Shown here in pieces: positions 51,098-64,000 of a stretch of DNA of 64,000 bases; the stretch's first letter is position 1; each line of letters opens with the position of its first letter. Origin of the DNA: an uncultured Actinomycetota bacterium (GTDB lineage Bacteria > Actinomycetota > Actinomycetes > JAHEKZ01). The translations under genes were made by a program, and so were the position numbers. Under the pieces are notes generated by a model. It saw only the letters and a program-made list of their open reading frames with translations. It did no database searches and was not told the DNA's origin. The DNA lies in contig CAVURN010000001.1 in NCBI GenBank assembly GCA_963743915.1, forward strand, positions 736,001-800,000, read 5' to 3'.

Positions 51098-51457
51098 GTG
51101 GCTGACCGTCCGTCAGGCTCGACACCCGTCCGCACGTGCGTCGGTTGTCGGCTGCGGGCGCCTCAGTCCGACCTGGTGCGGGTGGTGGCCCGGCCGGGTC
51201 AGGAGGGTTCCCCCACGGGGTGGATCGCCTGGCTCGACCTGTCCCGCCGGCACCCAGGGCGAGGCGCGTATCTGCACCCCTCCCTGACCTGTCTGGACCT
51301 CGCCGAACGGCGTCGAGCGCTGCCCCGGGCCTTGCGGCTCAGCGGTGGCCTCGACCTCGACCGGCTCCGGCTCCAGATGACCAGCGTCTCCGGCGACGGG
51401 GGCCGACCGAAAGCAGGACGAGATGGCGACGAGCACGCGATGAGCGCGCAGCAATGA
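51098..51457 (+). CDS. ylxR: YlxR/DUF448 RNA-binding protein
   Basis: PVRTCVGCR, GRGAYLH; between nusA and infB. Confidence 0.85.
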   Translation: MADRPSGSTPVRTCVGCRLRAPQSDLVRVVARPGQEGSPTGWIAWLDLSRRHPGRGAYLHPSLTCLDLAERRRALPRALRLSGGLDLDRLRLQMTSVSGDGGRPKAGRDGDEHAMSAQQ

Positions 51458-51511
51458 GCATGTCGACCCCCTAGCGGTCCGGCCCAGCCCGGACCTGATG
51501 ACAGGAGAGCA

Positions 51512-54181
<2,670 letters not shown>

Positions 54182-54186
54182 TCGTG

Positions 54187-54216
54187 GACGGTGGGGGCAC
54201 ACGCGCCCCCACCGTC
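54187..54216 (+). terminator. Stem-loop between infB and rbfA
   Basis: gacggtgggggc-acacgc-gcccccaccgtc. Confidence 0.6.
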
Positions 54217-54237
54217 TCCTCGTTCCAAGGAGCACCC

Positions 54238-54696
54238 ATGACTGACACCGATGCCCGGGCGCGCAGGCTCTCCGAGCGCATCCAGGTGATCGTCGCCGAG
54301 ACCATCGAGCGCCGGATCAAGGACCCGAGGATGGGGTTCGTCACCATCACCGACGTCCGCGTCACCGGCGATCTCCGCGAGGCCACTGTCTTCTACACCG
54401 TGCTCGGCGACCCGACCGAGCAGGAGGACTCGGCAGCTGCGCTCGAGAGCGCCAAGGGGATGCTCCGCACCGAGGTCGGTCGGCAGACCGGCATCAAGCA
54501 CACGCCGTCGCTGGCCTTCGTCGCCGACGCGATCCCCGAGACCGCACGTCACCTTGACGACCTGCTGCGTCAGGCGCAGGCCGACGACCAGCGGGTGCAC
54601 CAGCAGGCTGTCGCCGCCACCTACGCGGGCGACGCCGACCCGTACCGTCACGATGAGGACGACGAACAGGGGAACCCGGAAGAGCTGCTCGGGTGA
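54238..54696 (+). CDS. rbfA: Ribosome-binding factor A
   Basis: IKDPRMGFVTITDVRVTGDL, TPSLAF. Confidence 0.95.
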   Translation: MTDTDARARRLSERIQVIVAETIERRIKDPRMGFVTITDVRVTGDLREATVFYTVLGDPTEQEDSAAALESAKGMLRTEVGRQTGIKHTPSLAFVADAIPETARHLDDLLRQAQADDQRVHQQAVAATYAGDADPYRHDEDDEQGNPEELLG

Positions 54697-55694
54697 GCCC
54701 GATCGCCACCAGCGCGTGGGACCGGGTGGTCGACGCGGTCAACGGTGCCGCCCGTCTGCTGCTGCTCGGACACGTCAGCCCGGACGGCGACGCACTCGGC
54801 TCCGCGCTCGCCGTCGGCCTGGCCATCGAGGCGATGCCGGGTGAGCGCCACGTCGAGGTCTCGTTCGGCGACGATCCCTTCGTGGTGCCGGACAACCTGG
54901 CATGGATGCCGGGACAGCACCTGCTGGTTCCGCCCCACGAGGTGCACCCGAATCCGGACGTCGTGCTCACGTTCGACGCGAGCAGCATCGACCGACTCGG
55001 TCTGTTGCGCCAGGTGGCCGAGTCTGCGCCGCTGCTGGTCGCCGTCGACCACCACCGCAGCTACGACGACTTCGCCACGTTGCCACTCGTCGACGTCTCC
55101 GCTCCCGCGACGGCGGTCCTCGCCGACGAGCTGGTGACGCGGCTCGGCGTCCCGCTCGACCGGGACATCGCCACCTGCATCTACACCGGACTCATCACCG
55201 ACACCGGGTCCTTCCGCTATGCCGGCACCACCCCCGCCACCCACGCGCTCGCGGCGCGACTGCTGGAGACGGGCATCGCCTTCGACAAGATCGCTCGCGA
55301 GGTGTTCGACACCGTCCCCTTCGGCTACCTCGGCCTGCTCGGCACCGCGCTCGGGCGCTGCCGCCTGCTGCCGGACGCCGCGCGTGGACTCGGCGTGGTG
55401 TGGACCGTCGTCCTCGCCAAGGACCGCGCCGAGCACGACCTTGCCTTCGACCTGGTCGAGCCGATCATCGACGTCGTGCGCAAGGCCTCCGAGGCGGAGA
55501 TCGCCCTGGTGGTCAAGGAGGACGACATCGGCGACCTCCGCGTCTCCATGCGCTCCAAGGGCGCTGCTGATGTCAGTGTCGCCGCCTCCGCGTTGGGCGG
55601 TGGCGGTCATCACTACGCCGCCGGGTACACCGCGACCGGTCGCGAGGTGGACACGGTGGTCGCCGAGGTGCTCGCGGCCCTCGACGATGACTGA
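54693..55694 (+). CDS. nrnA: DHH/DHHA1 phosphoesterase (nanoRNase A-like)
   Basis: HVSPDGDALGS, VDHH, TDTGSF, SMRS, GGGGHHYAAG. Confidence 0.9.
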   Translation: MSPIATSAWDRVVDAVNGAARLLLLGHVSPDGDALGSALAVGLAIEAMPGERHVEVSFGDDPFVVPDNLAWMPGQHLLVPPHEVHPNPDVVLTFDASSIDRLGLLRQVAESAPLLVAVDHHRSYDDFATLPLVDVSAPATAVLADELVTRLGVPLDRDIATCIYTGLITDTGSFRYAGTTPATHALAARLLETGIAFDKIAREVFDTVPFGYLGLLGTALGRCRLLPDAARGLGVVWTVVLAKDRAEHDLAFDLVEPIIDVVRKASEAEIALVVKEDDIGDLRVSMRSKGAADVSVAASALGGGGHHYAAGYTATGREVDTVVAEVLAALDDD

Positions 55695-56568
55695 TCCCGT
55701 CGAGGACGGGCTCGTCGTCGTCGACAAGCCGTCGGGCTGGACGTCCCACGATGTCGTCGCGCGCGTGCGACGCCTCGCCGGCACCCGCAAGGTGGGGCAC
55801 GCCGGAACGCTCGACCCGATGGCGACGGGCGTGCTGGTGCTCGGCGTGGGCCGGGCGACCCGGCTGCTCGGCTACCTGACCGCGCACGACAAGGTGTACG
55901 ACGCCACCATCCGCCTCGGCCAGAGCACGGTGACCGATGATGCGGAAGGCGACCCTGTCGGGGGAAGCTCCGCGTCCGGCGTCGCTGATGCGTCGGTCCG
56001 CGCGGCGGTCGACACCCTGGTCGGTGACATCGAGCAGGTGCCGTCATCGGTCAGCGCGGTGAAGGTGGACGGGAAGCGTTCGTACGCCCGGGTGCGGGCG
56101 GGCGAGCAGGTCGAGCTGTCCGCCCGCCGCGTCCGGATCGACCGGTTCGAGGTGCGGGAGACGCGGCGTCCCGAGGCCGACCTTCTCGACCTCGACGTGA
56201 CGGTCGTGTGCTCCAGCGGCACCTACGTGAGGGCGCTCGCGCGTGACCTGGGGGAAGCCCTCGGGGTGGGGGGCCATCTCACCGCCCTGCGGCGGACGCG
56301 GAGCGGCGCCATCGATCTCTCCGTGGCGCGCACGCTCGACCAGCTCGCTGAGTCGTTCAGCGTCGTCCCACTGGCGGACGCCGTGCGCGCTGCATTCCCC
56401 GTCCGCGTGGTGCGCGGCGATGACGCCACCGCTGTGCGACACGGTCGACCGCTGCCACTGGTGGATGAGGACGGGCCCACTGGCGTGTTCGCCGACGACG
56501 GCACCGTCCTCGCCCTCATGGAGCCGCGCGGCGACCAGCTGCGGGTGGCGGTCGGCTTCACCGGCTGA
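55687..56568 (+). CDS. truB: tRNA pseudouridine(55) synthase
   Basis: DKPSGWTSHDVV, GHAGTLDPMATG, CSSGTYVRALARD. Confidence 0.97.
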   Translation: MTDPVEDGLVVVDKPSGWTSHDVVARVRRLAGTRKVGHAGTLDPMATGVLVLGVGRATRLLGYLTAHDKVYDATIRLGQSTVTDDAEGDPVGGSSASGVADASVRAAVDTLVGDIEQVPSSVSAVKVDGKRSYARVRAGEQVELSARRVRIDRFEVRETRRPEADLLDLDVTVVCSSGTYVRALARDLGEALGVGGHLTALRRTRSGAIDLSVARTLDQLAESFSVVPLADAVRAAFPVRVVRGDDATAVRHGRPLPLVDEDGPTGVFADDGTVLALMEPRGDQLRVAVGFTG

Positions 56569-56634
56569 GGCCGGGCGAGGGTCTCCTGCTGACGTGCCGG
56601 CCCCGGCGCACGGGCATCTGGCAAGGTGTGGCCC

Positions 56635-57591
56635 ATGCGCTACGACAGTCTCGCGGAGCTGCCTGCGGCCGGCCCGCGCTCCGTCGTGTGCATCGGCGTC
56701 TTCGACGGCGTCCACCGTGGTCACCGAGCGATCCTCCGCCAGGCGCGCGTCCTCGCTGACTCCTCCGGCGCCCGCGTCGTGGCCGTCACCTTCGATCCGC
56801 ACCCCAGCGCAGTGGTCCGCCCGGACACCCGGCCGCTGATGCTCTCGACCGTCGCCCACCGGGTAGACCTGCTGCACCAGGTGGGTGCGGACGACGTCCT
56901 CGTGCTGCCCTTCACCGCCGACGTCGCGTCGTGGACCCCGGTGGAGTTCGTCGAGCGGGTCCTGATCGAGGGTCTGCGTGCCGAAGCGGTGGTGGTCGGC
57001 GAGGGATTCCGGTTCGGCCACCGCGCCGCCGGTGACGTCGCGCTGCTGCAGAAGCTCGGCGCCGAGCGCGACTTCACGGTCAGCCCCCTGGCGCTGGAGC
57101 ACGTCAGGGTCGTCGACCACGGTGATCCCGGTGACGTGGCCTGGTCGTCCACCTACGTGCGTCAGTGCGTCCTGGAGGGTGACGTGGCCGAGGCGGCTCA
57201 CGCCCTGGCACGGTTTCACCGCGTCGAGGGAACGGTGGTGCACGGCGACCACCGGGGACGGGATCTGGGCTACCCGACGGCGAACCTCGCGACGGTCGAC
57301 CACACCGCGGTCCCCGCGGACGGCGTCTACGCCGGATGGCTGGTACGCCATGCCGACGGCGACGAGCGCCTGCCCGCAGCGATCTCGATCGGGACGAACC
57401 CGACGTTCGACGGTGAGGAGCGCCGAGTCGAGGCCTACGTGCTCGACCGTGACGACCTCGACCTCTACGGCGAGCACGTCGCGCTCGACTTCGTGGAGCG
57501 ACTTCGACCGACGCTGAAGTTCGACGGCATCGATCCGTTGGTCACCCAGATGGCACAGGACGTCGCGCGCGCCCGTCAGCTGCTCAGCTGA
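56635..57591 (+). CDS. ribF: Riboflavin kinase/FAD synthetase
   Basis: GVFDGVHRGH, SSTYVR, GRDLGYPTAN, SIGTNPTF. Confidence 0.97.
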   Translation: MRYDSLAELPAAGPRSVVCIGVFDGVHRGHRAILRQARVLADSSGARVVAVTFDPHPSAVVRPDTRPLMLSTVAHRVDLLHQVGADDVLVLPFTADVASWTPVEFVERVLIEGLRAEAVVVGEGFRFGHRAAGDVALLQKLGAERDFTVSPLALEHVRVVDHGDPGDVAWSSTYVRQCVLEGDVAEAAHALARFHRVEGTVVHGDHRGRDLGYPTANLATVDHTAVPADGVYAGWLVRHADGDERLPAAISIGTNPTFDGEERRVEAYVLDRDDLDLYGEHVALDFVERLRPTLKFDGIDPLVTQMAQDVARARQLLS

Positions 57592-57607
57592 ACCGCTTCT
57601 GCGACGG

Positions 57608-59813
57608 TCAGTGGAGGCGACGGACCCACGCCGCGCCCACGCGCCCACGGTCGCGCACCCACTCCCACCGCGCTCCCGCGGCGATCAGCAGGGCGCCGGC
57701 GATCGCGAAGGACACCCACTGCGGCAGGAAGCGGCCGAGCTCGACGAGCTGGATCGCCACCACGACGACGGTGAGGGCCAGGCCGGGGAAGAAGAGCCCC
57801 GACCAACGGCGCCATCCGCCGACGACGGCAGCAACGACGCCGATGGCGAGCAGCACGACCATCCGTACCTGGTACGCCGTACCTGGGTCCTCGCCGTACC
57901 ACCAGCGGTTCGTGGTGTCGTCGAGCAGCGCAAGCGTCGACGGCAGCACGGCGAGCGAGAGCACGGGGCCGATGGTCTGCCAGGTCGGCGTCGACCTCGG
58001 ACGCCGAAGCCACCACCAGCCGACCGCCGCCGCCAGCGTCGGCACCCCGAGTGCGAGGCCGTAGACCTCCGGCCGTGTCGCGGCTGCGAGCTCACGGGTG
58101 CCGAGCTCCACCAGCGCTGCTGCCACCCCCAGCGCGCCACCCAGCCACACGATCCACGCCGCGAGTTGCCGAAGGATCACGAGGCCGAACAGACCCGACC
58201 GCCAGCACACCCAACGCGATCGCGACCTGGTGCACGTACGCCTCAGGAGTCGGCTGCGGAGCGTACGTGGAGCCGTAGCCGGTCGTGGCGTCCACGAGGT
58301 CGTTAGCCGACGTCGACAGCCACGTGAGCAGGGCCGCCGCGACCGGCACCAGGGGGAGCGCGTCCGTCGCCAGCGCACTGCCGTAGGCCGGCGGCGGGCG
58401 GTCGTCGGTGGACGTGCCAGACGCCACCTCGGGGCGTTTGCCGATCCTGGTCGACAGCCGCGGCACCAGTAGTACGGACGCGACCAGCAGGGTCACGAAC
58501 GCCCCGCCTGCCACCACCCCGCGCCAGGCCGGCCATGCGGCGTCCGCCCACGACCCTGCGTCGAAGTAGTCCTCCATCGGGTCGACCCACGGTGCGACGA
58601 GCAGCCCGACCGCAGCGCCGAGGGCGCCGCTGCCCACCGCGGCAACCGTTCCCTTGAGCCACGGTGCTCGCGCGCCGAGGAGTGAGGGAACGAGGCCGAG
58701 CAGTCCCGTGGCCAGCAGCACCAGGGCGGCCGCCCACCGAGCGCTGGGCGTCGAAGTGGCCGACGTCCAGCTGACGACGAGGGAGAGCGACCACACCGAC
58801 AGCGTGGCGGTCGCGACAGGGACCTGGTGCGGTGTGAGCCGCAGCAGCGAGACGCTTATGGTGACGGACGCGACGGCAAGGGTGGCGGCCGCCACCACCG
58901 CGTCGAAGTCGGACACCGTGACGTCCTGCGTCCACTGCTGCACCGCTTCCGCCAGTGCCGCCGCCGCGACGACGAGGAACCAGGCCCCTACCCAGGGCCA
59001 GCTGCGCAGCCGGACGCGGTCAGCTGCCAGCACCAGCCCGACACCGGAGCTGAGGCAGACCAGCGCGACCCACCAGGACCAGGGTTCGGAGAGGGGCAGG
59101 GCATCGTCAGCGGGAGCGGTGGCCAGCATCGTCACGACGACGACTGCCCCGACGATCCCGGCCAGCTCGCCGACCCCGGCAGCGCGGGGGCGGATCCAGA
59201 CCGCCGCGGCGCAGAGACCGGCGGCGATCGTCGTGGCGAGCAGCATGGACGGGGTCTCGCCGATCAGCTCCGGCCCGAGGGTGCGGGTCCCCACGGCCGC
59301 GATGAGGACCAGCAGGGCGCCGACGACCCCCAGGGCGGTGGCCGTGCCGCGCAACCGGGCCGCCAGCCGCGCCGTCGCCGCGAGGCACCCCGCACCCAGG
59401 GCGAGCAGCACGCTGATCTGGCCCAAGGGGCCGAGCAGGTCCCAGGTGAAGGCCAGGAACGCGATCCCAGCGGCGACCAGCAGGAAGGCGCCCACTCCGA
59501 GGAGCAAGGCCCCTGCCGACGCCGGACGCCGCTGCCCGCCCCCAGCCGGGACGCCGGTGGTCGGGAACCCGGGGGCCACCGCACCCGTGCCGACAGGAGC
59601 TGGAGCCGCGCCGGGCACGTCCTCTGCCAGCATCCGCTCGTGCAGCCAGGTGAGGCGCTGACCGGCCCAGGCGTGCCAGGTGCCCAGCTGCAGGGTCTCG
59701 CGGACGTACGGAGTCGCCATCGCCAGGCCGCAGGTCCCACACACGGTGACCGGCCCCGCGTCGGGGGCCGGCGGGTCGATCGGAGCCCCGCACCGCGGGC
59801 AGGGGAGCGTCAT
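57608..59813 (-). CDS. Large polytopic membrane protein with N-terminal zinc ribbon (SCO7613/DUF2157-like; frameshift near 58195)
   Basis: CPRC...CGTC, LLGVGAFLLVAAGIAFLAFTW, C-terminal PEVY, LPQW..FAIAGALLIAAGARWE. Confidence 0.7.
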
Positions 59814-59920
59814 GGGCCATGATCATCGCAGGTGGACGCCGGTGCCCAGGGTCTTGATGCCCTGGCCCGCGCGGCGCCGATTCGGGGGATCGGCTCGCCC
59901 GCTGATAGCCTGACCAGGCC

Positions 59921-59980
59921 GTTCGATCGGCCGCGGACCTTCAAGTGCCCGGGTGGACATGCCCCGGTGCGCCGCGCAAC
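59921..59980 (+). promoter_or_regulatory. Putative S15 autoregulatory mRNA leader
   Basis: cgcgg...ccgcg and ccggg/cccgg pairings directly 5' of rpsO; position matches known S15 leaders. Confidence 0.4.
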
Positions 59981-59999
59981 GACCTCGAGAGGGCCCTAC

Positions 60000-60269
60000 G
60001 TGTCGCTGGATGCAGCAACCAAGAAGAACATTGCCGACGAGTACGCCACGACCCCCGGTGACACCGGATCCCCCGAGGTGCAGGTCGCTCTGCTGTCGCG
60101 TCGGATCGCCGACCTGACCGAGCACCTCAAGGAGCACAAGCACGACCACCACAGCCGCCGCGGACTGCTGCTGCTCGTCGGCCAGCGCCGTCGGCTGCTC
60201 AACTACCTGGCCAAGACCGACATCGAGCGGTACCGCCGGCTCATCGAGCGGCTCGGGCTCCGGCGCTAG
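60000..60269 (+). CDS. rpsO: 30S ribosomal protein S15
   Basis: [29 protein letters not shown]. Confidence 0.98.
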   Translation: MSLDAATKKNIADEYATTPGDTGSPEVQVALLSRRIADLTEHLKEHKHDHHSRRGLLLLVGQRRRLLNYLAKTDIERYRRLIERLGLRR

Positions 60270-60373
60270 CCGCAGCCTTCCGCTCACACCACCCGTCCGC
60301 ACCACGCGGAGGGATGACAACAAAAGAGATCAGCCCTTGAGCGGTCTGCCCGCCCGTGGCGGCACTCACGGTG

Positions 60374-60443
60374 TCGGTCCTCGGTAGTGGCGCCCCGGGT
60401 GCGCGTCTAAAGGACGCTCCCGAGAGCCTCGATCGATGACCGC
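60374..60443 (+). ncRNA. Actino-pnp cis-regulatory RNA motif
   Basis: cggtcctcggtagtggc...gcctcgatcgatgaccg in the pnp 5' UTR, matching the remembered consensus. Confidence 0.7.
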
Positions 60444-60501
60444 CTCCTCGCCCCCACGTCGCTGGGCCGCACTCGAGGGCTCACGTCACAGAGGAGGACC
60501 C

Positions 60502-62721
60502 GTGGAGGGTCTGGAAGTTCGTTCGAGCGAAGCCGTCATCGACAATGGGTCGTTCGGACATCGCGTCATCAAGTTCGAGACCGGGCGGCTCGCCCGTCAG
60601 GCGGCCGGTTCGGCCGTCGCCTATCTCGACGACACCACCATGGTGCTGTCCGCGACCACCGCGTCCAAGCACCCCAAGGAGCACCTCGACTTCTTCCCCC
60701 TGACGGTGGACGTCGAGGAGCGCATGTACTCGGTGGGCCGCATCCCCGGGTCGTTCTTCCGTCGTGAGGGACGCCCCAGCGAGGACGCGATCCTCACCTG
60801 CCGGCTGATCGACCGGCCGCTGCGTCCGTCCTTCACCAAGGGCCTGCGCAACGAGATCCAGATCGTCGAGACGATCATGTCGCTCGACCCCGAGCACCTG
60901 TACGACGTCGTGGCCATCAACGCCGCTTCGATGTCGACGCTGCTCGCGGGCCTGCCGTTCAGCGGCCCGATCGGCGGCGTCCGCGTCGCGCTGATCGACG
61001 GCCAGTGGGTGGCGTTCCCGACCCACAGCGAGCTCGAGCGAGCGGTCTTCGACATGGTCGTGGCCGGCCGCGTCGTCGCCGACGACGTCGCCATCATGAT
61101 GGTCGAGGCGGAGGCCACCGAGGCGACCGTCGAGCTGGTCGCCGGGGGCGCCACTGCGCCCACCGAGGAGGTCGTCGCCCAGGGACTCGAGGCGGCCAAG
61201 CCCTTCATCCGTCAGCTGTGCGAGGCGCAGTCGGAGGTCGCCGCGCAGGCCGCCAAGCCGACGCGTGACTTCCCGCTCTACCTCGACTACCAGGACGACG
61301 TCCTGGCCGCTGTCGAGGACGCCGCCTCCGCTGAGCTGAGCTCTGCTCTCACCATCGCGGGCAAGCAGGAGCGCGAGACCGAGACGTCACGGATCGCCGA
61401 CGTCGTCGCGGAGAAGCTCGCCGGCACGTTCGAGGGCCGCGAGAAGGAGATCGGCGCCGCCTTCCGTGCGTTGACCAAGAAGCTGGTGCGTCAGCGGATC
61501 CTGCGCGACCAGGTGCGCATCGACGGCCGGGGCCCGTCCGACATCCGTCGCCTCTCCGCAGAGGTCGGCGTGGTGCCGCTCACCCACGGGTCGGCGCTCT
61601 TCGAGCGCGGCGAGACCCAGATCCTGGGTGTCACGACGCTGAACATGCTCCGCATGGAGCAGCAGCTCGACACGCTCAACCCGCAGAACCGCAAGCGGTA
61701 CATGCACAACTACAACTTCCCGCCCTACTCGACCGGTGAGACGGGTCGCGTCGGGTCGCCGAAGCGCCGCGAGATCGGTCACGGTGCTCTCGCCGAGCGC
61801 GCCCTGCTTCCGGTGCTGCCGTCGCGGGACGAGTTCCCCTACGCCATCCGCCAGGTGTCCGAGGCGCTTGGTTCCAACGGCTCCACCTCGATGGGCTCGG
61901 TCTGCGCGTCGACGATGTCGCTGCTGCACGCCGGTGTTCCGCTGAGGGCACCCGTCTCGGGCATCGCCATGGGCCTGGTCAGCGACGAGGTCGACGGCAA
62001 GACGGAGTACGTCGCCCTGACCGACATCCTCGGCGCCGAGGACGCCTTCGGCGACATGGACTTCAAGGTCGCCGGCACCGAGGAGTTCGTCACCGCGCTG
62101 CAGCTCGACACCAAGCTCGACGGCATTCCCGCGTCGGTCCTGGCGTCCGCACTCACGCAGGCGCGCGCTGCCCGGCTGACGCTGCTCGAGGTCATGGCCG
62201 AGGCCATCGAAGGTCCGGACGAGATGGCCCCGAACGCACCGCGGGTCATCACCGTCAAGATCCCGGTCGACAAGATCGGTGAGGTGATCGGGCCGAAGGG
62301 CAAGATGATCAACTCGATCCAGGACGAGACCGGCGCCGACATCTCCATCGACGACGACGGCACCATCTTCATCGGTGCCGTCGACGGCCCGTCCGCCGAG
62401 GCCGCACGGTCGATGGTCAACGCGATCGCCAACCCGACGATGCCCGAGGTCGGCGAGCGCTACCTCGGAACGGTGGTGAAGACGACCACGTTCGGCGCCT
62501 TCATCTCGCTGCTGCCCGGCAAGGACGGCCTGCTGCACATCTCCGAGATCAAGAAGATGGTCAACAAGCCGCGCATCGACTCCGTCGACGACGTGCTCTC
62601 GGTCGGCCAGAAGGTCCGCGTCGAGATCAAGGAGGTCGACGACCGCGGCAAGCTGTCGCTGACCGCCGTCAAGGACGAGGACGAGGCTGCCGACGAGGCC
62701 GGGGCGACGGTCGACGCCTGA
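60502..62721 (+). CDS. pnp: Polyribonucleotide nucleotidyltransferase
   Basis: GAGGAGG SD; [35 protein letters not shown] and S1 domains. Confidence 0.98.
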   Translation: MEGLEVRSSEAVIDNGSFGHRVIKFETGRLARQAAGSAVAYLDDTTMVLSATTASKHPKEHLDFFPLTVDVEERMYSVGRIPGSFFRREGRPSEDAILTCRLIDRPLRPSFTKGLRNEIQIVETIMSLDPEHLYDVVAINAASMSTLLAGLPFSGPIGGVRVALIDGQWVAFPTHSELERAVFDMVVAGRVVADDVAIMMVEAEATEATVELVAGGATAPTEEVVAQGLEAAKPFIRQLCEAQSEVAAQAAKPTRDFPLYLDYQDDVLAAVEDAASAELSSALTIAGKQERETETSRIADVVAEKLAGTFEGREKEIGAAFRALTKKLVRQRILRDQVRIDGRGPSDIRRLSAEVGVVPLTHGSALFERGETQILGVTTLNMLRMEQQLDTLNPQNRKRYMHNYNFPPYSTGETGRVGSPKRREIGHGALAERALLPVLPSRDEFPYAIRQVSEALGSNGSTSMGSVCASTMSLLHAGVPLRAPVSGIAMGLVSDEVDGKTEYVALTDILGAEDAFGDMDFKVAGTEEFVTALQLDTKLDGIPASVLASALTQARAARLTLLEVMAEAIEGPDEMAPNAPRVITVKIPVDKIGEVIGPKGKMINSIQDETGADISIDDDGTIFIGAVDGPSAEAARSMVNAIANPTMPEVGERYLGTVVKTTTFGAFISLLPGKDGLLHISEIKKMVNKPRIDSVDDVLSVGQKVRVEIKEVDDRGKLSLTAVKDEDEAADEAGATVDA

Positions 62722-62722
62722 C

Positions 62723-64000
62723 GTGAGCACCCGGGCCGACACCCGCACGCTGCACCGCGGGCAGGACGGAAGCGTCGTCAAGCGCACCGTCCTGCCCAGC
62801 GGGCTGCGGATCGTCACCGAGGCGGTCCCGACCGTCCGCTCGGTGTCGTTCGGCGTGTGGGTCGGCGTCGGCTCTCGCGACGAGTCGGTACGACAGGCAG
62901 GTGCCAGCCACTACCTCGAGCACCTGCTCTTCAAGGGCACCCGTCAGCGCAGCGCCCTCGAGATCTCCGCGGCGATCGACCGGCTCGGCGGTGAGATCAA
63001 CGCCTTCACCGCCAAGGAGTTCACCTGCTTCTACGCGCGGGTGCTCGACGCCGACCTGCCCACCGCCGTCGACGTCGTCGTCGACATGGTGCTCGGCTCG
63101 ACGATCACCGGCCCGGACTACGAGTCCGAGCGTGGCGTGATCCTCGAGGAGATCGCCATGCACGACGACGACCCCGGCGACGTGGTGCACGACGCGTTCG
63201 CGCAGACCGTCTTCGGCAACACCCCGCTGGGTCGTCCCATCCTCGGCACGGTCGACTCCATCGAGGGGCTGAGTCGCGACACCGTGCGCCGCTACTACAA
63301 GCGGTGGTACCGGCCGGAGCACATGGTGGTGGCGGCTGCGGGCAACGTTGACCACGGCGCGCTGGTCCGGCTCGTCAAGCGCGCCTTCGCCCTTGCGGGC
63401 GCAAATGGCGGCGAAGCCCCTCCGGCCAGCCCCGCGCGTCGGGTGCAGCCGGCACCCGTGGCCGGTGGCGAGTCGGTAGTGATGTCACGCACCACCGAGC
63501 AGGTCAACCTGGTGCTCGGGGTCCCCGGTGTCGACCGCAACGACCCACGGCGGTTCGCGCTCGGAGTCCTGAACAACGCGCTCGGCGGCGGCATGTCCAG
63601 CCGCCTCTTCCAGGAGGTGCGCGAGAAGCGTGGCCTCGCCTACTCGGTGTACTCGTACCACTCCCAGTACTCCGACGCCGGGCTGTTCGGCGTCTACGCG
63701 GGCTGCCTGCCGAAGAAGGTCGACGACGTTCTTGACCTCTGCCGGGCCGAGCTGCAGCGAGTCTGCTTCCGCGGCATCACCGCCGAGGAGCTCGACCGCG
63801 GCAAGGGTCAGCTGCGAGGGTCGCTGGTGCTGGGGCTCGAGGACACCGGGTCGCGCATGACGCGGATCGGCAAGAGCGAATTGGTGTACGGGGAGATGCT
63901 CTCCCTCGACGACATCTTGTCCCGCATCGCGGACGTCACCCTCGACGACGTCGCCGCGGTGGCGTCCGACCTGCTGGCGGTCGAGCCGGCGCTGGCCGTG
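62723..64000 (+). CDS. M16-family zinc peptidase (runs off the window)
   Basis: Manual translation: VGVGSRDE..GASHYLEHLLFKGT (HxxEH), INAFTAKE, LGGGMSSRLFQEVREKRGLAYSV. Confidence 0.92.
   Translation, partial: MSTRADTRTLHRGQDGSVVKRTVLPSGLRIVTEAVPTVRSVSFGVWVGVGSRDESVRQAGASHYLEHLLFKGTRQRSALEISAAIDRLGGEINAFTAKEFTCFYARVLDADLPTAVDVVVDMVLGSTITGPDYESERGVILEEIAMHDDDPGDVVHDAFAQTVFGNTPLGRPILGTVDSIEGLSRDTVRRYYKRWYRPEHMVVAAAGNVDHGALVRLVKRAFALAGANGGEAPPASPARRVQPAPVAGGESVVMSRTTEQVNLVLGVPGVDRNDPRRFALGVLNNALGGGMSSRLFQEVREKRGLAYSVYSYHSQYSDAGLFGVYAGCLPKKVDDVLDLCRAELQRVCFRGITAEELDRGKGQLRGSLVLGLEDTGSRMTRIGKSELVYGEMLSLDDILSRIADVTLDDVAAVASDLLAVEPALAV

Overview
High-GC actinobacterial chromosomal segment with three parts. 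(1) 1-37.6 kb: a polyamine/omega-amino-acid uptake and catabolism region with two PotABCD-type ABC transporters, class-III aminotransferases including gabT, three aldehyde dehydrogenases, mmsA, agmatinase, a PuuB-like oxidoreductase, a saccharopine-dehydrogenase-family enzyme, and Lrp, two PucR and TetR regulators. It also holds a glycosyltransferase/amino-sugar kinase/SIS cassette and several c-di-GMP genes. (2) 37.6-40.7 kb: a TetR/MMPL pair. (3) 40.7-64 kb: core genes dxr, rip1, ispG, proS, rimP, nusA, ylxR, infB, rbfA, nrnA, truB, ribF, rpsO, pnp and an M16 peptidase. The most notable observation is at 26.6-29.6 kb. Two tandem ~35-aa hydrophobic peptide genes sharing a C-terminal SVVGAGxKW motif sit upstream of a multi-TM GGDEF-EAL protein and a DUF5317-like membrane protein whose motifs resemble the signal peptidase II (LspA) active site. 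This is a candidate peptide-signalling system that controls c-di-GMP. Many single-base frameshifts cluster at 18-31 kb and are most likely sequencing/assembly errors. All family assignments come from motif recognition by eye, not from database searches.
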